Below, piece by piece: positions 25,401 to 38,000 of a stretch of DNA of 64,000 nucleotides (positions are counted from its first letter, which is position 1; every line of letters starts with the position of its first letter). The position numbers were made by a program, and so were the translations under genes. The stretch covers positions 1-64,000 of the forward strand of contig CM082598.2 in the NCBI GenBank assembly GCA_040954595.2, in the 5' to 3' direction. The stretch comes from Balanoglossus misakiensis. Taxonomy: Eukaryota; Animalia; Hemichordata. A model generated the notes under the pieces. It was not told where the DNA came from. It made no database searches and saw only the letters and a program-made list of their open reading frames with translations.

Positions 25401-27660
25401 ACAACAGAAAAAAAAATTATTCATGATCAATGAACAAAGTCAAGACATAGTTTATAAAATTGATTCAATGAGTTAAGTTTGGATTTGTTCCAACTCTATA
25501 TACACACTTAAAATTTTGACTGCATACCTGTATGTTTTCTTTATTTGACATCCAAATATCTTCATCTGCCATCATGCAAGTAGTTTATTGGGTGACTGGG
25601 AAACCATGTCCTTGTCCACTTCTACCAATGGCAACATTCAGATACACAACATCAGCCTGCACTCTTCGCCATATTCTAACAAAACAACAGAAAAAAAATT
25701 ATTCATGATCAATGAACAAAGTGGTGACATATATTATTAAATTGATTCAATGAGTTAAGCTTGGATTTGTTCCAACACTATATACACTCTTAAAATATTG
25801 ACTGCAAACCTTTATGTTTTCTTAATTTGACATCCAAATATCTTCATCAGCCATCATGCAAGTAGTTTATTGGGTGACTGGGAAACCAAGTCCTTGTCCA
25901 CTTCTACCAATGGCAACATTCAGATACACAACATCAGCCTGCACTCTTCGACATATTCTAACAAAACAACAGACAAAAAATGATTCATGATCAATGAACA
26001 AAGTGGTGACATATATTATAACATTGATTCAATGAGTTAAGTTTGAATTTGTTCCAATACTATATACACTTGTTGACTGCAAACCTGTACGTTTTCTTCA
26101 TTTGACATCCATGTATCTTCATCTGCCATCATGCAAGTTGTTAATTGGCTGACTGCAAGACCAAGTCCTTGTCCACTTCTACCGTTGGCATCATTTAGAA
26201 ATTAAACATCATTCTTCATGCTTGAACTTGCTTCATCTGCCATCATGCAAGTACTTTATTGGCTGACTGGAAGACCAAGTCCTTGTCCACTTCTACCATT
26301 GGCAACATTCAGATACACAACATCAGCCTGCACTCTTCGCCATATTCTAACAAAACAACAGAAAAAAAATTATTCATGATCAATGAACAAAGTGGTGACA
26401 TATATTATTAAATTGATTCAATGAGTTAAGCTTGGATTTGTTCCAACACTATATACACTCTTAAAATATTGACTGCAAACCTTTATGTTTTCTTAATTTG
26501 ACATCCAAATATCTTCATCAGCCATCATGCAAGTAGTTTATTGGGTGACTGGGAAACCAAGTCCTTGTCCACTTCTACCAATGGCAACATTCAGATACAC
26601 AACATCAGCCTGCACTCTTCGACATATTCTAACAAAACAACAGACAAAAAATGATTCATGATCAATGAACAAAGTGGTGACATATATTATAAAATTGATT
26701 CAATGAGTTAAGTTTGAATTTGTTCCAATACTATATACACTTGTTGACTGCAAACCTGTACGTTTTCTTCATTTGACATCCATATATCTTCATCTGCCAT
26801 CATGCAAGTTGTTAATTGGCTGACTGCAAGACCAAGTCCTTGTCCACTTCTACCGTTGGCACCATTTAGAAATTAAAGATCATTCTTCATGCTTGAACTT
26901 GCTTCATCTGCCATCATGCAAGTACTTTATTGGCTGACTGGAAGACCAAGTCCTTGTCCACTTCTACCATTGGCAACATTCAGATACACAACATCAGCCT
27001 GCACTCTTCGCCATATTCTAACAAAACAACAGAAAAAAAATTATTCATGATCAATGAACAAAGTCGTGACATAGTTTATAAAATTGATTCAATGAGTTAA
27101 GCTTGGATTTGTTCCAACACTATATACACTCTTAAAATGTTGACTGCAAACCTTTATGTTTTCTTAATTTGACATCCAAATATCTTCATCAGCCATCATG
27201 CAAGTAGTTTATTGGGTGACTGGGAAACCAAGTCCTTGTCCACTTCTACCAATGGCAACATTCAGATACACAACATCAGCCTGCACTCTTCGGCATATTC
27301 TAACAAAACAACAGAAAAAAATGATTCATGATCAATGAACAAAGTGGTGACATATTTTATAAAATTGATTCAATGAGTTAAGTTTGAATTTGTTCCAATA
27401 TACACTTGTTGCCTGCAAACCTGTACGTTTTCTTCATTTGACATCCATATATCTTCATCTGCCATCATGCAAGTTGTTTATTGGCTGACTGCAAGACCAG
27501 GTCCTTGTCAACTTCTACCGTTGGCACCATTCAGAAATTATACATCAGTCTTCATGCTTGAACTTGCTTCATCTGCCATCATGCAAGTACTTTATTGGCT
27601 GGCTGGAAAATCAAGTCCTTGTCCACTTCTACCATTGGCATCATTTGGAATTTTGTCGTC
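22330..27660. repeat. AT-rich satellite with about 283-bp long units and about 114-bp short units in higher-order repeats
   Basis: The anchor CATCTGCCATCATGCAAGT...CCAAGTCCTTGTCCACTTCTACC recurs about 23 times. Short units sit at about 23548, 24502, 25174, 26128, 26799 and 27464, separated by 3,2,3,2,2 long units. Confidence 0.95.
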
Positions 27661-27852
27661 ATCCTTCCTGCTTAACTTAAAGCAATTATACTTCAATTGT
27701 TAGTTTCTGTTATATTATAGCACACTAGTAAACAATTACCAAAAATTTGCTAAACTTATCTACCATCACGGTTGGAAAGCTTCTCAACTATTGTAGACAT
27801 TGGGAGAACTTCATGACAAGATAAAATTCGGACAAGGATACATTAGGGATTC

Positions 27853-28008
27853 ACATACACATACATTACATAGATGCATACATTACATACATGCATACAT
27901 ACATTACATACATTACATACATTGCATACATACATACATACATACATACATACATACATACATACATACATACATACATACATACATACATTACATACAT
28001 TACATACA

Positions 28009-28039
<31 letters not shown>

Positions 28040-28150
28040 CATACATACATACATACATACATACATACATACATACATACATACATACATACATACATAC
28101 ATACATACATACATACATACATACATACATACATACATACATACATACAT
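27853..28150 (+). repeat. (ACAT)n microsatellite with TACAT interruptions
   Basis: Seen directly. Confidence 0.99.
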
Positions 28151-28632
28151 AGAGAACAATTCTGTACCCTAAAATTTGAAATGAGTAATTTTCCTGACCT
28201 TCACTTTCAGGTTTTGGGAAATACAGCTAATTTAAATTGAATTAGAATACAATACTTAATTTCATCTGTATACTTCTAACTGGCTCATTATGAAAAATAG
28301 AAATAGTCACAAGAATAAAAGTTTCTCATAGCCTGCTTATACCACTCCAGCCAAAGTATTAGTTGTTATAGTTAGTTAATGGTGTGTTAGTACGTTAATA
28401 TTGAAGTTAGAAAAAATGGCTGAAATGACACAAACAGTTTTCTAGATTGAATCAATTTGCTGTGACTGCACAATTCACTAAACAAAATTTCCTCAATGCA
28501 TACATGTAATTTTTAGAATTACTGAATCATATGGACATTTAGACTACAGTTAAATAAGCATAGTTGAGTTAAATGGTTACAGACTTGTTCTCTCTGTAAT
28601 ATTGTTTTAACACACATTAAACGCACATGTTC

Positions 28633-28892
28633 ATGTATGTATGTATGTATGTATGTATGTATGTATGTATGTATGTATGTATGTATGTGTGTATGTATGT
28701 GTGTATGTGTGTATGTGTGTATGTATGTATGTATGTATGTATGTATGTATGTATGTATGTATGTATGTATGTATGTATGTATGTATGTATGTATGTATGT
28801 ATGTATGTATGTATGTATGTATGTATGTATGTATGTATGTATGTATGTATGCATGCATGCATGCATGCATGCATGCATGCATGTATGTATAT
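28633..28892 (+). repeat. (TATG)n microsatellite with (CATG)n end, inverted relative to 27853-28150
   Basis: Seen directly. Confidence 0.99.
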
Positions 28893-29589
28893 GAGAATTC
28901 ATACTGTGTCCTAATCTGAATTCTTCTTGTCATGAAGTTTTCCCAATGGCTGCAACAATTGGGAAGCTCTCCAACTGTGATAGTAGACAAGTGTGCTAAT
29001 TTACATAATTGCAATTCTGCACACGTAACCAGTGAGATCAAGGGAACGCATACGAAAAGTCATTAATTTTCACTGGATCAACAGATTAAGGAGCAAAATT
29101 CACTGATTTTGACCGTTTAGAGATTGCTTTTGTATGACAGAAAATGATGGTTACAAATCAACATCAATTTTTAACACAAACATAATATGAGTAATCAATG
29201 TATACTTGATATCATTGAAAGGTCAAAAAGCGATTTTGCCGCTTTAAGAAAAAACTGGACTGAACGCAATCCCTTCATTCTCATTATAAACTCTTAAAAT
29301 GCTGACTAAAAACCTGTGTCTTCTCTTCATTTGGCATCCAAATATCTTCATCTGCGATCATGGACGCTACATGGTCTATGATAAAACACACTCAAATTGA
29401 ATAAGGATCTATAAAAACATGCATTAGTAGAATTGAAGTGTAAAGTTCATTACTGCAATGCCATGGAAATCTTAATGCCTGAAGCACAATTCATCAACAG
29501 CATCCACAATAAAGTTTTCCGCCAACACAATAACAATTCCCTCATGTTACAAACTCTCGACCACCTGCCAAAAAATACAACTTGAATTT

Positions 29590-29733
29590 AATGAAGCACA
29601 CGCTGGGTTTCGTCGAGGATATTTAACCATAGATAGCATTTTTATATTACAATCTGGTGTTCAAAAGTATTTAACATGCAAAGGTGGCAACTTTCATTGT
29701 CCTTTTATAGGCTTTTCGAAAACTTTTGATACT
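29590..29733 (+). mobile_element. Degenerate non-LTR retrotransposon reverse transcriptase fragment
   Basis: Translates NEAHAGFRRGYLTIDSIFILQSGVQKYLTCKGGNFHCPFIGFSKTFDT, matching the LINE RT motifs QxGFR and F(I/V)DFxKAFD. Confidence 0.8.
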
Positions 29734-30047
29734 GACGCTCGTCTAGTTACTCGCACAAAATGCACCAACACATCCACCAGTGAAGCGAGAGCTTCATCGG
29801 TTGCCGATCCACGCTAGGATTAATTTCAAAATTCTTGTTTTTTTATATAAAATTTTCCTCCATAAAGCATATGCTTATCTTTCTGATCTAATCACAGTTC
29901 ACGTTCAAAAACGGTTTACACGCTCAGTATTCACACCATTTTTTAAATGCCGCACACACTTTATGGAATGCCTTACCAAAAGAAATTAGATTGTCAGTAT
30001 ATGTTACATCTCTGAAAACATATCGCTTTAGAAAGTATTATTATTAA
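29734..30047 (+). mobile_element. 3' end of an L2/CR1-group LINE ORF2, frameshifted
   Basis: ARLVTRTK...RELHRLPIHARINFKILVFLYKI...LWNALPKEIR...LKTYRFRKYYY* matches the typical L2 C-terminus (LHWLP..RI.FK; LWNxLP; LKTHLF). Confidence 0.85.
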
Positions 30048-30825
30048 ATGAAGCCTGGCACAAAACTAGAAAACGACTGGCAATCGACAAGCGAACGCGA
30101 GACATCATAAAAACATTACGAAAACGCGCAGAAACTGATGACATATCGCTATACCTTCCGTTCACGTATGCAAACATAATCTCTCAGTTTGATCAACATA
30201 TCATAGGTAGAATGTAATGACAAGAACAACTAAAATAAACGGACCATTTCACAACGATAATAAAACTCTCTGCGCCTTTTAATTACAATCGATAAACACA
30301 TGACCGTCAATAATAAACGAAAGATATACCAGCATTGAAAATGAAGCCTGACACAAAACTAGGCAAAATTAAAACTGCTCATGAAAACTAAAACGATTTC
30401 ACGTTAAAAACGGCTGGCAAACGACAGGCGAACGCGTGACACCATCAAAACATGACCTTCAAGACAGCACGCAGAAACTGATGACGTATCCCTATACTTT
30501 CCGTTCATGTATGCAATCTTTATCCCCCAGTTTGATCAATATATCATAAGTAGAATGAAATGTCAATGACCAGAAGCGGACTATTTCACAACGATAACAG
30601 AGCTCTCTGTACCTGTTTTTACACCTAAAATTTAGCAAAATCTGGTTGCAATCGATAATTACATGACCGCCAATAGTAAATGAAAGAAATGCCAAAATTG
30701 AAAATGAGGCCGAAATAAAACTAGGCAAAAAATGCTCGCGGAAACGCACACGTGGAAACCACCGATTTCATGTTGAAAACGACTGGCAAACGACAGGCGA
30801 ACGCATGACATCACGAAAACATGAG
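30046..30825. repeat. Diverged tandem repeat, about 2.3 copies of 300-360 bp
   Basis: AAATGARGCC...AAAACTAG and AAAACGRCTGGCAAWCGACARGCGAACGC recur in units starting at about 30046, 30339 and 30701. Confidence 0.8.
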
Positions 30826-31303
30826 AGCCCCGGACTTCAATAAATATTGCACGTTTTACCACAACAACTGGAGATACGCTCCTTATTTTCTCTCGACTAC
30901 CACTCCCCAACTCCTACCAGAAATCTCTAATTAATAGACGATTTATTTGGTGCAAGCGTACTTTTGCGTCCGCGCTAGATTCTAAGCGGAAAACCATATC
31001 AAAACTTGGAACGTTAGCGAGTACTCCGAAACGCGACAACTCTCACTTTCGAAAATTGGCTAAAATTACAAGCGGAGTTCTTCAACTTTTCCCCACTAAA
31101 GACAAGAAGTCGCACCGCAAATTTTAGTAAATACCGGCTACTTATCTGTTTATTATCTTGGGTTCCGGGCTGTAGAAATTCATTTAGCTTGTCAGACAAA
31201 ATCACGTAGCTCTGCGGGCTGTTGCTCTCTTGATAGTCCGGGTCGTTCTGCGCTAGTTGCAATTGAAAACGTGGATGACCTCGTAGCACAGGTGCAGGGT
31301 ATT

Positions 31304-31345
31304 CAGTTGACCCTCGCTAAGTCGCCGTTTAGCGAGGGTCCACTG
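31304..31345. mobile_element. 42-bp hairpin resembling two abutting Tc1/mariner-pogo-like terminal inverted repeats
   Basis: CAGTTGACCCTCGCTAA, an 8-nt spacer, then TTAGCGAGGGTCCACTG (16/17 complementary), followed by TA. Confidence 0.5.
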
Positions 31346-34021
31346 TATTAGTAAGAAACGCCTCACCTGTGCGGCGGCACGCCACCAACATGCATGAATA
31401 ATAAATCAAATACACCTGGTCAAAAAAGAACAGTTCACTTTTCGTATCAAACAAAATTGACATGGGTTAAAGCTCATACACCCTCAAAATGTAAAATTCT
31501 TGTCTTAGTGAAATTTGGTAATTTTCATGTTATATGCATGACTGACAGACCTGCAACTGGAACTGCGCCTAAAACTATGTTAAATTTATAAAATTATAAT
31601 TTTCCAAAAACAGTTTCACACTCGAGCTGCCCCAAAATGATGTTAAACTTGAGAAATTAATGATTTCTAAGACAAGTCTCATCTAAACACGATGGCTATC
31701 AAACTTTCAGATTCTTGAGTACCAAATTATGGCTAATATCATGAAAATGTATGCTACTTATGCTACATTATCCATGAGTTATATATAGTTCATGAATAAT
31801 GTCCACCACTTAAAAAAAGTCGCAAAAGGACCAATTCATGACTTCGTGTACATATATTTTATATAATATGAGTACATTTTCCCATTTGTTGAAGATTTTT
31901 GAAAAATGTTGACTGGAATGTCAGCATGCACTGTCAACAAAAATATTGAATGGAATTGTCGACAGACACCGTGGTGCGCCCTCTTTAGCGACCTATATTT
32001 TCCTTTCGAATTTCTGTCATGGCAACACTACTTTCAAGGGGATTATATCAACCTATTTCACATACCAACAGGTGTGAAAATTTTCCTGTAGACCTTTTCA
32101 CATACGTCACAAATTTTCTAAATCTGCCATCTGTAATTTTACAGTTCGAATACATATTTAAATCAATCAGTAAATACGTAGATACAAATCGTTAGCATTC
32201 TACAACTGAAAAGTAACCGCGCGAAACCACGAGCACACATTAAAGGGGCCCCTCAGCTCATTTTGATCATTTCGGGGTTGATTGAACAGAGTCTACATGA
32301 TTTTTATTACAAAAAAATACACAAAAAATAAATATACGGCAATCCCATTTATACCTTGCGTATTGTAGTACTCAGGTTGTGACAGCTAAGTGTTATGTTT
32401 CTGACAAGAATGACATTGTCATGGGGTCATGGCCCTTGAGAATAGAGAAAGGCGTATTTATACAGACATGTTACTAGTTAAGTTTTCACGAACAAAACCT
32501 GTGTTTGACTGAAATGTTCATTCAGTCGGGAAACCTTAATCCTCTGGACGTCGAGTTTTGAGGTAAGCTTGATTGTGATTACGGTTTGTATGCCTTTCTC
32601 TGGTGAGAAGGAGATTTTTTGCCGCCAAGATAGGTGTGACATACAAATGGGTTAACGTGCTTGGTGTTTAGAGGGCGTTCGGCTTCTGCCATCGAACGTA
32701 TACAGTAGCGTCTCTGAGTAATTTGTTGGTGCATGTCTGTCGAAAATCACAGAAGCCTCTGAATATGGTATCCAAGGGATTTTGGGGGTGAACACAATCA
32801 AAATCTCGTTGGCGTTTGTTGACCTTGTGTCTGTGTCCTTGAATGTTCGGTGGGCTGTCACTTAAGAATGGTTATCCTGTTTACACCTGAACAATCAGGG
32901 AGAATGTCTGACATTTAAAAAATCTTAGTTGTACCTGATAAGAACTGGCCTCTCACATTTAGCTGGGAAAGGGGTTGTATTTCCCTTACGATGGATACGA
33001 TTAGGTAAAAAAGCATATATTTCAGCATATAAAAAGATCAAAAGTTACTTTATTATGTAAAAATCTTCACAACAAAAATGCTGAGGTGGCTTATTGAGAG
33101 TTGATTCACTTTTATCTGAACCCATGCAATGACATGATATATGCCAATCGTTTGGTGAGATCTGTTTGTTTGTTTGTTTGTTTGTTTTTCCCTTTTTGTG
33201 GATTGATGGGTGAAAAGATGTACTCATCAAACTGCCAATATAACAATTTAAAGCCAATGTCATGGAGAACACTTTATTAACACACATCATCCCGTGGCCG
33301 GGGTGAAAAGGGAAAAACAAAGTATAATTTCAATAACTACGGAGTAATCATTTTTGTTGTTGTAGGTTTCTCCAGGTAATTATATTCAATAATATTAATT
33401 TGATAAAAATATTCCACAATTTTGTGGTCTGCGTTTAACTAAAATACCAGACCAATGAATTGCCCGATTGGAATGTTAACCATTTTACCAGTAGGCCTAA
33501 CCTTTGCTTTCTTTTAATGAATGGATGAATACATCAATAAATCTACTGAAATGACCTTTCACACTTGAATCGATAAGAAACAGGGTTTGACAATGTGCAT
33601 GCGGTATGATTGTTTAACCTAAATTCTTCGTTACACATGGCTAATAGTGTCAAGCCAGCAGACAATAGGTGCGTGTAGACCGTGTATACGCCCTGCAGTG
33701 TTTTGACCTTCTGGTGGCCATCAAGGTGTAGAGTCGAAGCAACGTACCCGAGTGATAATTGTAAATAGCTTTCAATTGTACAAGGAAGATGTATTATGTT
33801 AAATATAAGCACTAACCCTAACAAATGAGGGACAACAATGTGATGTAACGTTGAAAATACAGTGTCAAAACGTATGTGCGGTTAATTTTGCATACTTTGT
33901 TCAGCCAGAACCTCACGTTAATTGAATTAAAACGGGACTTTCAATTGTCAATAGATAACCTTCCACAAATTCTTTATTCTAGTAGCCCACATTCAATCTG
34001 TGTTTCGTAAATTCTACCAAA

Positions 34022-35034
34022 ATGCCTCAAAAGCAAAGACCTAAGAAACCAAGAGAAGAAGAGGCTTTACAGGAACTGGCGCGGAAAACTGAACGTGACG
34101 TTGTAAGTTTACAAATAAACCCTGAATATCCTTTAATTTGAATAGAAATTGATTGCCTAGCATTGACTTAATTGATTTCCTGGCAGTGACTTTAATCCCT
34201 ATAGTTATGAAATTCTTCCATTTCAGAGTAAACTCAATCATTGTCTTGACGACATCGAACTCTTCATAGCCAAGCTGGAAAGGTTAGCGATTACCTACTC
34301 TGGTATGGTGAGGAAATACGATGGAAAATCTCCAAGGGATGGTCTTCAAAACATTCCACATCCACCAAATGAGGGGGAATACGTAGACATTTTTCAAAAG
34401 ATGAAATTTGCCTTTAATTTAATAGTAAGTCATCGTACATCTCCTTATCATCGTTGAACTGTTTTGTTTCACGTTATTTTAACAAGGATTCAATGAACAT
34501 TGACAAAAGAAACTGAGTAAATTTTCTTTTACACAAGTAGTTCAACTGTGTGCAAACTGTTGAATGAAAAAAAACTTTCTAGCGTCTTAGCCGACACTCT
34601 TATTGTGTTTTTTAAAAAGATGAACAGTTTTATCTGTCAATCGTATCATCGGTAGTCCTGTTTATTCATCAATGGCATTTCCCCTTTGGGCCCCAAGTGT
34701 TATAGCTGAATAACTTCAGTTATCCTTTCTGTTGTAGGCGAAATTAAAAGGCCACATTCACGAACCTAATGCTGCAGAACTGGTTCACTACATATTTGTA
34801 CCTTTGGGTCCAATTGTCCAGACTTGTGGAGGCCCACGTCTGGCTAGAAGCGTTATATCACCCCTATTAACACCACAGGCCATACAGTTGTTGGGAGATT
34901 GTTTAATGTCGAAAGAAAGTGATCTTTGGTCTTCGTTGGGATCAGCATGGGCTACACCAAAGTAAGTACAACATGTATACACATGGTACCACCACCACTA
35001 CAACCACCACCGCCATCATCACCACCACACCACC

Positions 35035-35068
<34 letters not shown>

Positions 35069-38000
35069 TCATCAACAACAACAACAACAACCAAACTACA
35101 GGTAACCCAGTTGTTATTTGTGGGACCATAATAAATGGGTATAGAAATAATTTTCTGACCATTGGCTGTGTATAGAAAACATGCGAGCCAAGAAAACGTG
35201 TGATAACTTCTTTAAGTAATGTCTACAAAGTCGGTCTGTTTAGGGTTTCTTCGAGATGTCTTCAAATTACTAGGACGCATTTAAAAACACAACAAAAGCA
35301 TTTATTATTTGTCAAGCTTGTGTATACTAATTACGCCATAAAATGACTCCAAATATGAGGGAGGATTTCGCACACTTGTTTACAGCAATATTTTTCAGTT
35401 GTAGTGCAAACTTTTACCAGCTGACCGGCAGCAATTGTACTTTCCTGAAATCCTCCAGCCACACTCCTTACACTAAATTTGTCTTTATATAGATCTGCTT
35501 GGCCTAGTGATCAGGCCATACCTGAATATGAACCTCGGTTTCATTCAAGAGGAAAGCCGTCGAAGATGTCTGCAAGACTTAGTAACCAAACTGATGTCGG
35601 GAAACGGATCTCAGCGGCTGATGCTACTACTAAAGAAGAAGTAAGATGCAATGTTACGATTTCCGTCACTACACAAAAAACTTGGTCTAAATAATATAGT
35701 TGTTATGGCTTAAATCGCTCGATATAATCTGTTATGACCTGTATGAGATAATCCAACGCTACTACCTGTAACTTGTCGAGTCCACACATACCTATACCAT
35801 AGTTTTCTCCACGAGACTTCAACTTCTAGAAGTCTATCGAGATCCACCCCTAAATCACTGTGCGCCATTTGTCACTGCCAACTCAAAAAGAAGTTGTGGT
35901 CTTCAAGATATGTTGCAATATTTCTCTATTTTTTTAAATTAATTAATTCCAATGTTTGTTTTTTTAATAGATACAAACCGCAGGCAATGTGATTCCAATG
36001 GAAATGAAATGTATCCAGGATTTTGTAGCTGAATATCGTCCAGAATTAACAATTGTTACTGGCGAACACTTGGAGGTATTGACAAACCCTTGCAGCTTTT
36101 TCTTTCATTTGTGATATCCTGTACAAAGTTCCAAAAGGGATTTTGCCGGGCTGTTCTTTTGCATTTCTGAGTTTATTTTATATTTGACAGGTTTTAGATG
36201 GAAGGCGTATTTGGTGGCTGGTACGTAACAACGTCGGACAAACAGGTTTCGTTCCATCGACATTCCTGGAGCCAGTTGTGAAAACGGGCAGAAGCAAGGG
36301 AGACAAAATGACACCTGAGGTCGTACAGCCTCGCGCTGATACATTCGAAAGAAAACAAGTTTCGTCGCAAGAACGACCAGAATACCAATTCACGTCAACC
36401 AATCAGAGAGTAGACACTCCACAAGAAACTCGGCATTCCGTAAATACAGCATCAGAGCTGGGGGGTGTTCCATCTCATCAACGGTCTCGATACATAGAAA
36501 ACACGTCAACACATCCTGTTGAGTCGTCAACCCGTCAACAAGAGCAGTCTGAGAATGGGTCGACTGGCGAACCACATAGACAGTCGTCACCTTATGAAAA
36601 TGACGACAGTCAGAGCCCAGCAGATCATGTGATTCGTCAACAGGAACGTAAAGAAGAACAAGTACCGACGGAACAGAACCAAACTCCTCCAGGAACACCG
36701 AAAGCAATCGCAAAGTATGACTTTGTCGCCAGAAATCACAAAGAGTTAACGATTATGGCCAGAGATGTCCTTGAAGTAAGACAGTATTACATTCAGTTAT
36801 TTAAGCTCTACTTTTAGAATCTTAGCATTTGATCCGTTCCATACAAAAAGTCACACACATTCCCTGCTTTCAGTATAAGTATAGTCCATTTAAATCCTGC
36901 TTATATTTACAGATTATCGATGACAGTCGGATGTGGTGGTACGTTCGGAACTCATCTGATGAACTTGGTTATGTGCCATCTCCTTTATTACAACGTCTTC
37001 CCCATTCGACGAGTGCCGAGCAAGCAGCTCATTCGGATTTACCGGAAACTACTGAACATAACAACAGACATGGACAAGAACTCACAATTGTCCAGGTGAG
37101 TGTCTCTTCATTTAAATTGCTGTAGCTTCAGCACATGGTGAGTGAGTAGGGTGGACAAATGGATAAATAATGGATGGATGGATATGTAATATGAGGCAGT
37201 CTCGTAAAACCTTCTTTAAGATATATATTAATTTGTCTCATGTTGACCTAATTTTTTAAAAATCAAACAGGATGTATTTTCAACAGAAGACGATTCTTAC
37301 TTCGAACCGTCATACCATCAGGATATGCAGGGACCAACACAGCCATCACCCCCACCCCCACCACCACCGCCACTGCAATCAGTAGAGTACCCTTATGCTC
37401 AAGTCCAAAAGACATCAACGAAAAGACCGTATTACATCATAGGTTAGTGCCCGTCAGAATGAATGCTCTAGTAACATTTGTTGATGAAATGTCATGCTAG
37501 TCCTTCACGCATCAGTAGAATACATAAAACATAACAGGAAATAGTTGATCGGCTATGAATGGGATTTGGGGTATATCAACAAAATTGAATAAATTCTAGC
37601 ACACAAGCGATTGTTGACTTTCACCTACCCACCACTAAGTATTCCTCTAGTCTTAACGCGTGTGCGCCAACTGAAATAATGTAGCATTGACGGTGAAACA
37701 AACTACTAGTATTCAATTTTCTGTTTAATTGGTAGCCAAAGAAACAGGAAATGATTTTGGAGAGGTAGAGCACCAAGAGCAAGCTGGAGAAAATTGGCCA
37801 AGTAATCAACGTTTATCAAATGCTCCAATACCCGAAATGCAGCCTGACGACGTCATCAAGTGGCTTCAATCAAAGGGATTTAGTAAGGCGTAAGTGCGCT
37901 TCTGGTGAACGCATCTGGTCAGGCTTCTACAATAGCAAAAAGCATCGGAATGGTGGCATTATTTTACCATGCACAATTAAGGACATGTGCACATAAACAG

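Larger units (their letters stand above)
27745..29360 (+). mobile_element. Copy 2 of the composite repeat, with inverted arms containing (ACAT)n/(TATG)n; non-autonomous element of uncertain class
   Basis: 27745-27860 is a diverged reverse complement of 28881-29000. The right end stops at the start of a 283-bp satellite monomer (CATCCAAATATCTTCATCTGCGATCATG). Confidence 0.7.

Noticed and set aside
22947-27703. Repeated 60-78 aa ORFs (MLELASSAIMQV...)
   Set aside because: They are translations of satellite monomers, with stops and frameshifts varying between copies.
27800-29041. YIHT/MYVC repeat ORFs
   Set aside because: They are translations of (ACAT)n/(TATG)n microsatellites.
30896-30909. 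ACTACCACTCCCC resembling a ZNF143/SBS promoter motif
   Set aside because: A single imperfect match with no evidence of a transcription start.
33366-33375. Possible 10-nt micro-exon (TAG|GTTTCTCCAG|GTAATT) upstream of EPS8
   Set aside because: Splice-like motifs only, with no coding or homology support.
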